A stretch of 64,000 nt of DNA from Leptonemataceae bacterium (GTDB lineage Bacteria > Spirochaetota > Leptospiria > Leptospirales > Leptonemataceae), in assembly GCA_965227295.1 (NCBI GenBank), contig OZ245742.1, positions 1,408,001-1,472,000 on the forward strand, given 5' to 3'. The notes under the pieces are model-generated. The model was given only the letters and a program-made list of their open reading frames with translations, made no database searches and had not been told where the DNA came from. Positions 1 through 9,347 of the stretch are shown here, in pieces (positions within the stretch are counted from its first letter, which is position 1; every line of letters starts with the position of its first letter). The translations under genes were made by a program, and so were the position numbers.

Positions 1-546
1 ACTTCACAGAAGTCCTATCGCGTGAACCAGGAGGATCGGGACGTGGCTCGTGCGTTGGAGTTCCTGCACGAGGGCCGCAACCTGGCCTTCGTAAGTGACG
101 CCGGTACCCCGGGAGTCTCGGATCCCGTCTCGCGCCTGGTGCGCACCATCCGTGAAACAATGCCCGATGTGCCGATTGTTCCCATTCCGGGGCCGTCGGC
201 GCTGAGTGCGGTCCTGAGCGTGAGCGGCTGGCAGGCGAATCCGTCGAAATTTCTGGGGTTCCTGAGTCCGAAGCCCGGCCGTCGGCGTCGGGCCCTTACC
301 GAGGCCGGGGAAGGCTTTGCCGGCCCCGTGGTGCTCTACGAGTCGGTCCACCGGATTGAGGCCCTTTTGAGGGATTTACGGGACATTTTTCCGGGGCGAG
401 CCGTATTGGTGGCCCGGGAATTGACTAAGATGTACGAGGACATTCGGCTCATCCCCGAGAATCTCGATGAGACAGAATGGCAGGAAAATGTGGACAAAAT
501 CGCGAAAAAGGGTGAATTCACCGTAATTCTGGGCCCGTTGCGCTGA
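1..546 (+). CDS. rsmI: 16S rRNA (cytidine1402-2'-O)-methyltransferase, 5'-truncated by the window edge
   Basis: Frame open from base 1; motifs VSDAGTPGVSDP, PIPGPSA, FLGFL, LYESVHR, VARELTKMYE, KGEFTV. Confidence 0.93.
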   Translation, partial: TSQKSYRVNQEDRDVARALEFLHEGRNLAFVSDAGTPGVSDPVSRLVRTIRETMPDVPIVPIPGPSALSAVLSVSGWQANPSKFLGFLSPKPGRRRRALTEAGEGFAGPVVLYESVHRIEALLRDLRDIFPGRAVLVARELTKMYEDIRLIPENLDETEWQENVDKIAKKGEFTVILGPLR

Positions 547-564
547 TCTTTTCAGAAAAGTGTT

Positions 565-591
565 TATGCTATTTTCGCATCCTGCCGATAT
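565..591 (+). promoter_or_regulatory. Putative sigma-28 (FliA) promoter of flgM
   Basis: TATGCTAT-N11-GCCGATAT vs consensus TAAAGTTT-N11-GCCGATAA, 24 nt upstream of the flgM start; -10 is near-perfect, -35 weak. Confidence 0.6.
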
Positions 592-615
592 TAGACAGGG
601 AAGAGGTAAACTGCC

Positions 616-912
616 ATGATGATCGATAAAATCGGTGGAATCGGTCCGAACTACGGCCCCCGCAAGAACGAACCTGTCGCGAAGCAAGATGCTCCGGTTC
701 GTGGGGACAACGTGACGATTTCCGAAGAAGCGGCCCGCGCAGCGGATGTCGCCCGGACTTCGCGTATCGTCTCCCAGGCCACGGACGCTGAACGCACCGA
801 ACGACTGAAAGAGATCAAAGAGAAGATGGCTCGCGGTGAATACAACGATGTATCCGACGAGCAGGCCGGCAAGATCGCCGACTCTTTGATGGAAGTCTTC
901 TTCCGCGGCTAA
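616..912 (+). CDS. flgM: Flagellar anti-sigma-28 factor FlgM
   Basis: 98 aa; D-x-V-x-IS motif and C-terminal R.ERLKEIKEK...GEY...KIADSL typical of FlgM; upstream sigma-28 box. Confidence 0.85.
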   Translation: MMIDKIGGIGPNYGPRKNEPVAKQDAPVRGDNVTISEEAARAADVARTSRIVSQATDAERTERLKEIKEKMARGEYNDVSDEQAGKIADSLMEVFFRG

Positions 913-967
913 CGCGAGAAGAGCATACAGTCATTGTCGTACCGCGCTCACACGCGCGGTGATAACG

Positions 968-993
968 AGGGCGCGGGAAACTGCGCCCTTTTT
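968..993 (+). terminator. Rho-independent terminator after flgM
   Basis: AGGGCGCGG-GAAA-CTGCGCCCT hairpin followed by a T-run. Confidence 0.75.
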
Positions 994-1395
994 CGTTTTG
1001 GCGGGCCGGCGAGCGTTTTGACACGGCCGCGCGTGCGGGACACAGCTCTTGAAGTAGCGGAAACACTTTCGTTTGTTCGAGCACGCCCCGAATCGTGGTG
1101 TAAGTTAAGGCCAACGTATATTAAGACTTTTATGGGCACAGCTGGTTCCAGCTAACGGACGGAGGTCATGCCGGGGAAATGTGGGGCGCGCACCGGAACG
1201 GCGTCTTCGCCGCAGGAGTCGTTGTGGAAACAGAGTCGCAAACCCGCGTCCGGGTCGAATTCAGCGTGCTTTGCAAAACGAAACACCACAACTCCCGCTC
1301 AGCCGTAGCAAAAAGATCCCCGCCTTCGTAGCGAAACCGACTCTGTGTGTCTCACGGCCAGCGCCGCGAACAGCGACTCTTGAATCACAGTCAAT

Positions 1396-2454
1396 TTATC
1401 GGTACTTTTCAATCTCCACGCCGATCTGATCGACGACGCCGGCGTATGCGTTGGCCACGGCGCCTTCCGGATTCGCGAGCACAAACGGCTTACCGCTTTC
1501 GCCGGCTTCCATGATGTCCTGCTGGATCGGGATGTGTCCGAGGACCGGGACCTTGTACTTCGCCGCGAAGGCCTCGCCGCCGTTCTTCGAAAAGATGTGC
1601 GAGACGTGGCCGCAGTTCGGGCAGTGGAACTCGGACATGTTTTCGATGACGCCCAGAATCGGAACCTTCACTTCCATGAACATGTGCACGGCGCGGCTCG
1701 CATCCTGTAAGGCGACGTTCTGCGGCGTGGTGACGATCAACGCGCCGTCGAGATCGATCATTTGCGCGAGCGAGAGCTGCACGTCTCCCGTGCCCGGCGG
1801 CAGATCGATGATGAGGTAGTCCAGTTCACCCCAGATCACCTGAAAGAGAAACTGTTCCACGGCTTTGCCGAGCATCGGACCGCGCCAGACAACGGCCTGG
1901 TCGGGATTCAATAAGAATGCGAAGGACATGACCTTGATGCCGTCCACCTCATGCGGCGTGACACGGTTTTGCCCGTCGCCCTTGAGTTCCAGGCGGCCGT
2001 TCACGCCGAACATGCGGCCCAGGCTCGGCCCGTAGATGTCCGCATCCATGAGGCCCACGGAATGCCCCTGCAACTTCAGGGCCGCCGCCAGGTTTGCCGA
2101 GACGGTGGATTTACCGACGCCGCCTTTGCCGGAGCCCACGGCAATGATGTTCTTCACACCGCGGATGCGGTTGCCGACATCCTCGGGCTTCATGCTCTCG
2201 TCGACTTCGAAGCGGATCTTGAGTTTGCCCGGCAGGTCCAGGTCTTTCAGCGCGCCGCGGATGGAGGTCTCCAGGGCGATCTGGACCTTGCGATCAGCGT
2301 CTGGACTCTTTAGAATGAGACGCACATTGTCTCCGTCTTCTTCGAGACGGCCGAACATGCCGAGCTCCTCAAGGTTTTGTTTGTACTGCGGATGCTCGAC
2401 GCGCGCCAGGGCCGAAACGATTTTCGGTTCGATATCGCTCAGATTCACGCTCAT
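1396..2454 (-). CDS. mrp: Mrp/ApbC/NBP35 Fe-S cluster carrier ATPase
   Basis: GKGGVGKS Walker A, DADIYGPS, VWRGPM, DLPPGTGD, ENMS..CPNC. Confidence 0.95.
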   Translation of the reverse strand: MSVNLSDIEPKIVSALARVEHPQYKQNLEELGMFGRLEEDGDNVRLILKSPDADRKVQIALETSIRGALKDLDLPGKLKIRFEVDESMKPEDVGNRIRGVKNIIAVGSGKGGVGKSTVSANLAAALKLQGHSVGLMDADIYGPSLGRMFGVNGRLELKGDGQNRVTPHEVDGIKVMSFAFLLNPDQAVVWRGPMLGKAVEQFLFQVIWGELDYLIIDLPPGTGDVQLSLAQMIDLDGALIVTTPQNVALQDASRAVHMFMEVKVPILGVIENMSEFHCPNCGHVSHIFSKNGGEAFAAKYKVPVLGHIPIQQDIMEAGESGKPFVLANPEGAVANAYAGVVDQIGVEIEKYR

Positions 2455-2506
2455 ATGACGACAGCATGTGTAGAGAAGGTGCGCGAGGCCACCTTTTTCC
2501 GCGGAT

Positions 2507-3127
2507 TTGGCTGGCCCGCACGAACCCGTACACGACGATCGTCCGAATATGCAGGCTACCCCGGATACTCACGTTGCCTTTCTTCGCCGCTGCTACTTCT
2601 CGGCGGCCCTGGTCTTTTTTGTGGCGGGCGCTCTCTATGCCCTCGTTGGATTCGCGGGTTTCAGCCTGGGCGTGTTGCAGGTGAGCGGCGTACTGTCGGA
2701 TCCTGCCGCTGTGAATCAACCCGACGAACCCCTGGCACCGCTGGACCAGGGCGAGTTCCAGGATGTTGACGGCTACGAAAACGTACGCCCCTTTCCGATG
2801 CCCGAGGAGTCGGAGAGCGGCATGGTTCCCGGCCCGGGACCCGGCCTGCGAATTCTCGGTAGCCTGCTCGTGTTGGGGATGGGCCTGCCCGGATTGATTG
2901 CAGGCGCACTTGTGTTTCGGGATCGTCTGAGCCGCGGTGCGCTACCCATCTTGCGCTACTGCGGCTGGGCTATGATGGTTGCCCACGCGATCTTTGCGTT
3001 GCTGGCGCTCCAGGGGAGCAGCCTCGGCGCGTTCCTTTTACTGAGCATCGCCGTCGGCGGTGTCTGGGTCGTGCTCGTCGCTTCGAACCGGGACGTGCGG
3101 GAGCTTGTGCAGGCCCGGGCTTCTTAA
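2507..3127 (+). CDS. Hypothetical membrane protein (~4 TM)
   Basis: ORF fills the gap between mrp and rsfS; several hydrophobic helices and an acidic Pro-rich loop. Confidence 0.6.
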   Translation: MAGPHEPVHDDRPNMQATPDTHVAFLRRCYFSAALVFFVAGALYALVGFAGFSLGVLQVSGVLSDPAAVNQPDEPLAPLDQGEFQDVDGYENVRPFPMPEESESGMVPGPGPGLRILGSLLVLGMGLPGLIAGALVFRDRLSRGALPILRYCGWAMMVAHAIFALLALQGSSLGAFLLLSIAVGGVWVVLVASNRDVRELVQARAS

Positions 3128-3162
3128 TTCGCGGTCGTCCCGAACAGTGGTGTGATTAGCGC

Positions 3163-3585
3163 TTACGAATCGCTTTTCGCCATGACGTTGCTGTCGCCCC
3201 AGAGGCGTTCGAGGTTGTAAAACTCGCGCTGGTCTTTCAGGAAGAGATGTACGATCACGTCGATGAAGTCGACGATGACCCAGCCGGAGGCCACGTCGTC
3301 CGGGCGCATACCGGCGCCGCCGGGAGGCAACTCCTCGTGAAACTTCTTCGTAATGTCCCGTACCAGGGACTTCAACTGTACCGACGAGTTCGCCGTGGCG
3401 ATCAGGAAAATGCTGAAGTACGGGTTCACCCGTTCCAGATCGAGCATCAGGATGTTCTGGGCCTTTTTTTCTTCGAGGAACTCGAAGAGGCCGTGGGCGA
3501 GTTTTTCGCGCGCCTGACGTTGCTCCGGATGAGCGTCCGGTTCCGTGGTGCGCGATGTGCTCAGTGGTTCTTCCCGGGATGACAT
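3163..3585 (-). CDS. rsfS: Ribosome silencing factor RsfS (Iojap)
   Basis: EKKAQNI..LDL, FLIATANS, GWVIVDFIDVIVHLF...REFYNLERLW; start taken at ATG 3585. Confidence 0.93.
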   Translation of the reverse strand: MSSREEPLSTSRTTEPDAHPEQRQAREKLAHGLFEFLEEKKAQNILMLDLERVNPYFSIFLIATANSSVQLKSLVRDITKKFHEELPPGGAGMRPDDVASGWVIVDFIDVIVHLFLKDQREFYNLERLWGDSNVMAKSDS

Positions 3586-3604
3586 GTTCGTTCTGTGAAG
3601 GGCC

Positions 3605-4771
3605 TCAGGGTAGACGAAGCTGCCGTACATCGAAGTCCGCGCCGAGAATGAGCGAGGCGTCGACGTCCAGAGCGGCCCGTCGGAACACAACGCGTTTGCG
3701 CTCCAGCGCGGTCAACTTCATAAGTCGCTCCGCGACGAACGTATCGCCGGAGCGACCGACGATGAACGTCTTTGCCAGCGGCTTGTGCGGGTAGTTGTCC
3801 GCGTCCAGGACCTGCAGGCCGCGATCCTGCAGGAACTGTTTCACCCGGCGGGCCAGGCCGCCCACCTCGGTGCCGTTCAGAACTTCGATGGGAAAGAGAT
3901 CCGTATCCAGGCGGCCGGCCGTGAGGTTCTCGTCGAACTCATTGAACAGGAGCCGGGCCCGCTTGAAATTCACGAGCAGTTTCTGCTCCGGCGGATACGT
4001 CCGCTGATTTACCGGCGCGAATTCCAGCGGCACGTCCAGCACCGTAATGCGACCGCCGTTGGCCGGACTCAGGAACGAAAAGAGCGACGTGAACTCGGTG
4101 ACGGTCAGGTTGCTGGACGGCAGGGCGGCGGCGAACTTCGCCAGAGGCAACGGCCCCAGGGTTTCCCGGTACTCGTCCAATCGCCAGTAAGCGTTGAGTA
4201 CGGCGGACTGCAGACGATAGGTTTGTTTGATGCCGGCCAGGTAGGACTTGCTGCGATCTTCCTCGGGTTTGCGGATGAGCGCATGTTCGACGATTTGGGC
4301 GCCGGGGAAGTAGCGCACACCGCGCCGATAGTGAAAGCCGGCGTCCGGAAACTCCTCGCTCTCTTCCAGAATGAGCGTCATGCCCTCCAGGAGATCGAAG
4401 AGGCGCACGGCTTCGGTGCGACCGAGGGTGATGTAGTACTCCGTGGGGACGTCCGTGAATTCACGGAAGCGATCCGCGGAGCTCGCGCTCATGTCCCGCA
4501 ACGCGTCACCGTCGGCGTCGAAGTGAGCCTCGGTGTTCACGAAGTAAAGCGCGGCCATACGCCGCTCGGGATACACGACGGCCTGGGCCAGGCCGGACAG
4601 AAACGAGCCGTCTTCGTTTTCATCCAGGAACGCGAGGCGGATGCCGAATGGCTCCTCATTGGCGAGCAGCAGCTCCAGGTCGTTGGCCGTCATGCGCTGG
4701 TACACGAAGTACGTAACGAGCAAAATCAAGAACGCAGTGATCAGTAATATGAGGCGCGTCAGTACGGACAT
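3605..4771 (-). CDS. Membrane-anchored LytR C-terminal-domain (LCP-like) protein
   Basis: N-terminal TM; C-terminal IEVLNGTEVGGLA...ADN...DASLILGADF LytR_C motif; sits before rsfS. Confidence 0.85.
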   Translation of the reverse strand: MSVLTRLILLITAFLILLVTYFVYQRMTANDLELLLANEEPFGIRLAFLDENEDGSFLSGLAQAVVYPERRMAALYFVNTEAHFDADGDALRDMSASSADRFREFTDVPTEYYITLGRTEAVRLFDLLEGMTLILEESEEFPDAGFHYRRGVRYFPGAQIVEHALIRKPEEDRSKSYLAGIKQTYRLQSAVLNAYWRLDEYRETLGPLPLAKFAAALPSSNLTVTEFTSLFSFLSPANGGRITVLDVPLEFAPVNQRTYPPEQKLLVNFKRARLLFNEFDENLTAGRLDTDLFPIEVLNGTEVGGLARRVKQFLQDRGLQVLDADNYPHKPLAKTFIVGRSGDTFVAERLMKLTALERKRVVFRRAALDVDASLILGADFDVRQLRLP

Positions 4772-4819
4772 GCGGTCAGCTTGCGCGCTACCGCCGTTGC
4801 GGCCAGCGAAATCCGGTGT

Positions 4820-5527
4820 TCATTGGTAGAGGCCTTCTTTGAAAATCAGTTCGCGCACGGAGGGCGGCACGCAGCGGAGCAGCGTTGCATTGGTCGATTG
4901 CTCAAAGGGTCGGAGTGCCGCGCGAACCTCGGTGGACGAACAAGCGACGAGGGGATTATCGAGCAGCAGCACGCGTTCCTGGATCGTGCCGGCGTCGATA
5001 TTCAGGGCGTCCGCGATCCGTCGCAGCGAATCCCGTAAATCCGTATCGCTGTCTCCGGGGCGCAGAAACACGTACACACGATGATGCCGGAGAATCTCCC
5101 CGGCGCGTTCCCATTGATCGAAATCGTGCAGGCTGTCGGAGCCGATCAAAAGACCGATGTCTTCGTTCGGAAAAATTTTTCTAAGGTACGCGAGCGTATC
5201 CACGGTGTAGCTCGGGGGCGGGCGTTCCAGTTCCAGCGTGAGGATGCGCAGTTTCGCCGCAAAGGCGCCCCGGCTTTCCACGTGCAGGTCCTGGATCATG
5301 GCGCGCAGCATGCGCAGGCGTTGGGCTCCGTCGGCGGGCGGTTGCTCCGTCTTGAACGGTGAGATGTTTGCCGGAATCAAATCCAGATATTCTGCGAGGC
5401 GGGCCTCCAGGATATAACGAACGATGCTGAGATGGCCGGTGTGGGGCGGATCAAACGAACCACCGAAAACCATGCGCCGGCAGGCGGGGAGGGCCCGAGT
5501 GGAACGAGGGGTTGTATTCGATGCCAA
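4820..5527 (-). CDS. nadD: Nicotinate-nucleotide adenylyltransferase
   Basis: FGGSFDPPHTGH, SPFK, SYTVDTL, IGSDS, SSTEVR; start uncertain (TTG 5527 next to the proA stop, or ATG 5473). Confidence 0.92.
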   Translation of the reverse strand: MASNTTPRSTRALPACRRMVFGGSFDPPHTGHLSIVRYILEARLAEYLDLIPANISPFKTEQPPADGAQRLRMLRAMIQDLHVESRGAFAAKLRILTLELERPPPSYTVDTLAYLRKIFPNEDIGLLIGSDSLHDFDQWERAGEILRHHRVYVFLRPGDSDTDLRDSLRRIADALNIDAGTIQERVLLLDNPLVACSSTEVRAALRPFEQSTNATLLRCVPPSVRELIFKEGLYQ

Positions 5528-5529
5528 AA

Positions 5530-6894
5530 CTACTCGCGAATCTGTCCGGAGCCGGTCATGACGTAGGTGGTGGTCGTAAGATCGCGCACACCCATGGGAC
5601 CGCGCACGTGCATGCGTCCCGTGGAAATGCCCACCTCCGCTCCGAAGCCCATCTGCCCGCCGTCGTGGAATCGCGTGGAGCAGTTCACGAATACGGCGGC
5701 CGAGTCCACGTTGTCCTGAAAGCGCCGGATGTGGTTCTGATTGTTCGAGAGGATGGCCTCCGAGTGCCCGCTGCCGTAACGATAGATGAAGTCCACGGCT
5801 TCGTCGACTCCACCGACGACCTTCACGGACAAACGTTCGTCGAGGTACTCGGTGGCGTATTCTTCGTCCGGATCGGCGATGGCCCGGGCGCCCGGAAACA
5901 GAGAGCACGTCGCATCGTCCCCGAGCAGACGGACTCCGGCTTCGGAAAGCTCGCGCAGCAGGCGGGCCTTTTCCGGGAAGGCGGTGTGGATCAACAGATT
6001 CTCCGCCGCATTGCAAACTGACGGTCGCTGTAACTTAGCGTTGGCAATGATGCTCAGTGCCTGGGTGTAATCTGCGCTCTCGTCGACGAAGATGGTGCAG
6101 ACACCCTTGTCGTGTTTTACGACGGGGATGCGCGAGTTCGCGCTGATGAATCGAATGAGTTGTTCGCCGCCGCGCGGGACCACGAGATCGATGAGGTCGT
6201 CCTGTTGCAGCAATGCGAGCATGTACGCGCGGTCCGTTTCGCTCACCAACTGCACGGCGTCACCGGGCAGGCCGGCCCGTTCCAGGGCCGTGCGAAAGAG
6301 TTCATGTAAGATGCGATTGGTATGCACGGCTTCTTTGCCGCCGCGCAGGATTGCACAGTTGCCGCTCTTCACGCAGAGCGCGCCCACATCCACGGTAACG
6401 TTCGGTCGGGATTCGTAGATCGTAAACACGACGCCCATGGGCACGCGCTTTTGAATCATCTCCACGCCGTTCGAAAGTCGACGGCCGAGCACGACTTCGC
6501 CCAGGGGATCCGGCATGGCGGCGATTTCCCGGAGCGCCTGGATCATGTCGCCGAGGCGCTTTTCGTTGAGGCGGAGCCGGTCCACCAGGCTGGCCTTGAG
6601 TCCCGAGGTTTCGGCGGCTGCCAGGTCCTTTGCGTTTTCGGCCAGGATGCGTTCCCGTTCCGCACGGTCTTCGAGCAGGTCCGCGAGGATCAGTAGCGCA
6701 CGGCTCCGGTCGGCGTCGGCACTGCTGCGGATGTAGCGAAACGATCTCCGGCTCACCGCGGCGAAGTCCCGGGCCGTATCGGTGAACGTTTTCGCACGAT
6801 CGTAGAGGGCTTCCAGTTCGGCGTCGCCCGGGCTGACCGTCGCCGGACGGGCGGCGCTGCCCTGATTTTCTTGCACGGTGGTGGGAGGGTTCAT
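5530..6894 (-). CDS. proA: Gamma-glutamyl phosphate reductase
   Basis: IYESRPNVT, LRGGKEA, PRGG, CNAAENLL, GSGHSEAI, NCSTRFHDGGQMGFGAEVGIST, RGPMG. Confidence 0.97.
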   Translation of the reverse strand: MNPPTTVQENQGSAARPATVSPGDAELEALYDRAKTFTDTARDFAAVSRRSFRYIRSSADADRSRALLILADLLEDRAERERILAENAKDLAAAETSGLKASLVDRLRLNEKRLGDMIQALREIAAMPDPLGEVVLGRRLSNGVEMIQKRVPMGVVFTIYESRPNVTVDVGALCVKSGNCAILRGGKEAVHTNRILHELFRTALERAGLPGDAVQLVSETDRAYMLALLQQDDLIDLVVPRGGEQLIRFISANSRIPVVKHDKGVCTIFVDESADYTQALSIIANAKLQRPSVCNAAENLLIHTAFPEKARLLRELSEAGVRLLGDDATCSLFPGARAIADPDEEYATEYLDERLSVKVVGGVDEAVDFIYRYGSGHSEAILSNNQNHIRRFQDNVDSAAVFVNCSTRFHDGGQMGFGAEVGISTGRMHVRGPMGVRDLTTTTYVMTGSGQIRE

Positions 6895-6999
6895 ACGCTG
6901 TCCTTCTACACCGGACTCGCCCTGTTTGGCGGATCTGGCAATGCTTTTAAACAAGCAAGAACGCCGCGGATCGCCCGCACGGCAATGCCTGGAGTTAGC

Positions 7000-7470
7000 A
7001 TGAGTTCAACGAACGAACCGAATCTGCCGATCACCGACGAGACCTCGCCGGTTCTGGTATTTGTCCTCACGATCATTACCTGCGGCCTGTATCTCGTGTA
7101 CTGGTACTATGTCACGTACCGAAACATTGAACGCCTCACGGGCTCCACGCCCACGGGCAACGTGTTCGTGTTCGATCTCGTGATCGCGGTGGTCACGGTT
7201 TTGATCTGGGGCATTTACGTGGATTACAAGATTTCCCAGCGCATCAATGAACTCAACCGCCGCTACGGCCTGGACGAGGACGATACGACCGTGCTCGTCG
7301 TGGTGCTGGACCTGGCCGTCTACGTGACCGGATACCTCACCGGCATCATTTCCAGCGCCATTCATCAGCATCAGTTGAACCGCATCAATCAGCGCGCGGC
7401 GCAGTCCGCACAGATCGGCGACGGCGGCCAGGCTCCGCCGCCGGCCGTCGGCGAAACGCCGTACAATTGA
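7000..7470 (+). CDS. DUF4234-like membrane protein
   Basis: GGAG RBS before ATG 7000; L.IITCGLY..YW.Y motif, 3 TM, Q..LN C-terminus. Confidence 0.7.
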   Translation: MSSTNEPNLPITDETSPVLVFVLTIITCGLYLVYWYYVTYRNIERLTGSTPTGNVFVFDLVIAVVTVLIWGIYVDYKISQRINELNRRYGLDEDDTTVLVVVLDLAVYVTGYLTGIISSAIHQHQLNRINQRAAQSAQIGDGGQAPPPAVGETPYN

Positions 7471-7495
7471 CGCTAAGTATAAGTGAGTAAGAGTT

Positions 7496-8203
7496 ATGAG
7501 TGTGATTGAATCAACCACCGCGGCGCCTCCCGGCGCCGAGAAACCCGAGCACCCGCGACCGGAAGAATGCCTCGCGCCCACGGAGTTCCTGGATTACGAA
7601 CATCCGGCGGTGCAGGCTTACATCGAAGAACACGCCGGCACGTCCGGAGACACCGTGGAACGGTTGACGAAGTTGTACTACGCCGTACGTGACGGGATGC
7701 GTTACAATCCGTATTCGTTGAAGATCGGTCGCGAGCATTTTTACGCGAGTAACATCGTCGGCCTCAAGCAGAGCTACTGCATTCCGAAGGCGTTGCTCTT
7801 TGCGGCGGTCGCCCGCGCCCTGGGTGTTCCGGCGCGCCTCGGTTTCGGGGACGTGAAAAATCATCTTTCGAGCCGGCGACTCATCGATTATCTGCGTACG
7901 GATGTCTTCGCCTTCCACGGTTACGCCGAGCTGTACTTGAACAATGCCTGGGTCCAGGCCACGCCGGCGTTCGATGCGCGTCTCTGCCGCAAGTTTGCGG
8001 TGCCGCCGCTGGAATTCGACGGAGTCACGGACGGCCTCTTTCAACCCTTCGATCGCGACGGGCGGCAGTTCATGGAGTACATCCGCTATCACGGCGTCTT
8101 TGCGGACATGCCGCACCAGTGGTTGCTCGACGGACTCCAGCGCATGTACCCGCACATCTACGAAGAAGGCATGATCGACGGGGACTTGATGGAAGAATCG
8201 TGA
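7496..8203 (+). CDS. Transglutaminase-like protein
   Basis: YAVRD..RYNPY, YCIPKA (Cys), GVPARLGFGDVKNHL, FHGYAE (His), W..ATPAFD. Confidence 0.9.
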   Translation: MSVIESTTAAPPGAEKPEHPRPEECLAPTEFLDYEHPAVQAYIEEHAGTSGDTVERLTKLYYAVRDGMRYNPYSLKIGREHFYASNIVGLKQSYCIPKALLFAAVARALGVPARLGFGDVKNHLSSRRLIDYLRTDVFAFHGYAELYLNNAWVQATPAFDARLCRKFAVPPLEFDGVTDGLFQPFDRDGRQFMEYIRYHGVFADMPHQWLLDGLQRMYPHIYEEGMIDGDLMEES

Positions 8204-8216
8204 CCGGCCGCGAAAC

Positions 8217-9347
8217 CTAAGTATCTTCCAGTATTAGATTGTCTCGATGGATCACTTCATCCGCGCGGGGGGCCAGGTCACGTTTGCGGATCTCCCCCGC
8301 CGATAGCCCGAGCATGGATTGCGTTTCGCGGTAGCTGTAATTCGCAATGCCGCGGCCGATGAGTTTGCCGCATTCGTCCGTAATCTCAATGACCTCGCCG
8401 GCCAGGAATCGGCCGCTGACGGCGCGGATGCCCACCGGCAAGAGTGATGAACCCCGTTCCGAAAGTGCACGCGCCGCGCCGGCATCCACGACGACACCGC
8501 CTTCGGCGCGCGCGAACAGCAGCCATTGCTTGCGCGCGGACAATGGTTTGTGGCGAGGAATCTTGATGAACGTGCCGATGTCTTCGCCTTCGAAAAACGC
8601 GCGCACGGGGTGATCGTGGTCGCCTGGAAGGATCGCCAGGGCACTGCCGCTCATGGAGCAGAGTTCGCCGGCGCGCAGTTTTGTGCTCATGCCGCCGCGG
8701 CCGGGGCCGGCCGGTCCGCCGGCCTGGCCACGGAGCGCCGTGTCGAGCCGATCAATCTCGGTAATGCGGGCGCCATCTACTAAGAATCCTTCAACAGATG
8801 TTAGCAGGATGAGCAGGTCCGCGTGAAACAAGGACGCCACGATGGCGCTCAGAAGATCGTTGTCGCCGAACTGTAGCTCGTCCGTGGCGATGGTGTCGTT
8901 CTCGTTCACCACCGCCAGCGCGCCGATGTCCAACAACTCGTGGAACGTACGGCCGACGTTCAAGTAAGCGCGGCGGTCGCGGAAGTCTCGCGCCGTGATC
9001 AGCAGTTGGGCCACGGGAATGCCGTCGCCGGCGAAGGCCTCGGCGTAGCGCGAGACCAGGCGGGATTGGCCGAGGGCGGCGAGGGCCTGGCGTCGAGTGA
9101 TGTTCGGATCGGGTTGCAGTGAGCGACCGAAGTTGCGCAGGATGTGTCGCCCCGCGCCCACGGAGCCGCTGGAAACCAGGGCCACGTCGATGTTGCGTTC
9201 CCGCAGATAGCGCACCGCTTCGCGCAGTTTCGTGATCATGGCCGCGCTGATGCCGTCGTCCGCGGCGCTGTCGGTAATCAACGACGTGCCGACCTTAATT
9301 ACCACCCGGCGAATATTAGTCTGCTCGAAGAAGTTCGCGCGGATCAT
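8217..9347 (-). CDS. proB: Glutamate 5-kinase with PUA domain
   Basis: VIKVGTS, VSSGSV, NENDT, FGDNDLLS, GGMSTK, C-terminal PUA; ATGA overlap with the obg stop. Confidence 0.96.
   Translation of the reverse strand: MIRANFFEQTNIRRVVIKVGTSLITDSAADDGISAAMITKLREAVRYLRERNIDVALVSSGSVGAGRHILRNFGRSLQPDPNITRRQALAALGQSRLVSRYAEAFAGDGIPVAQLLITARDFRDRRAYLNVGRTFHELLDIGALAVVNENDTIATDELQFGDNDLLSAIVASLFHADLLILLTSVEGFLVDGARITEIDRLDTALRGQAGGPAGPGRGGMSTKLRAGELCSMSGSALAILPGDHDHPVRAFFEGEDIGTFIKIPRHKPLSARKQWLLFARAEGGVVVDAGAARALSERGSSLLPVGIRAVSGRFLAGEVIEITDECGKLIGRGIANYSYRETQSMLGLSAGEIRKRDLAPRADEVIHRDNLILEDT

Noticed and set aside
994-1395. tRNA, tmRNA, RNase P, SRP or riboswitch
   Set aside because: No diagnostic conserved motifs recognised by eye; kept only as an unexplained region
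5528-6016. Long N-terminal extensions in the ORF track (nadD, and likewise rplU, efp, oppF, rsfS, proB, the kinase)
   Set aside because: They overlap neighbouring genes or repeats; family homology starts at downstream start codons
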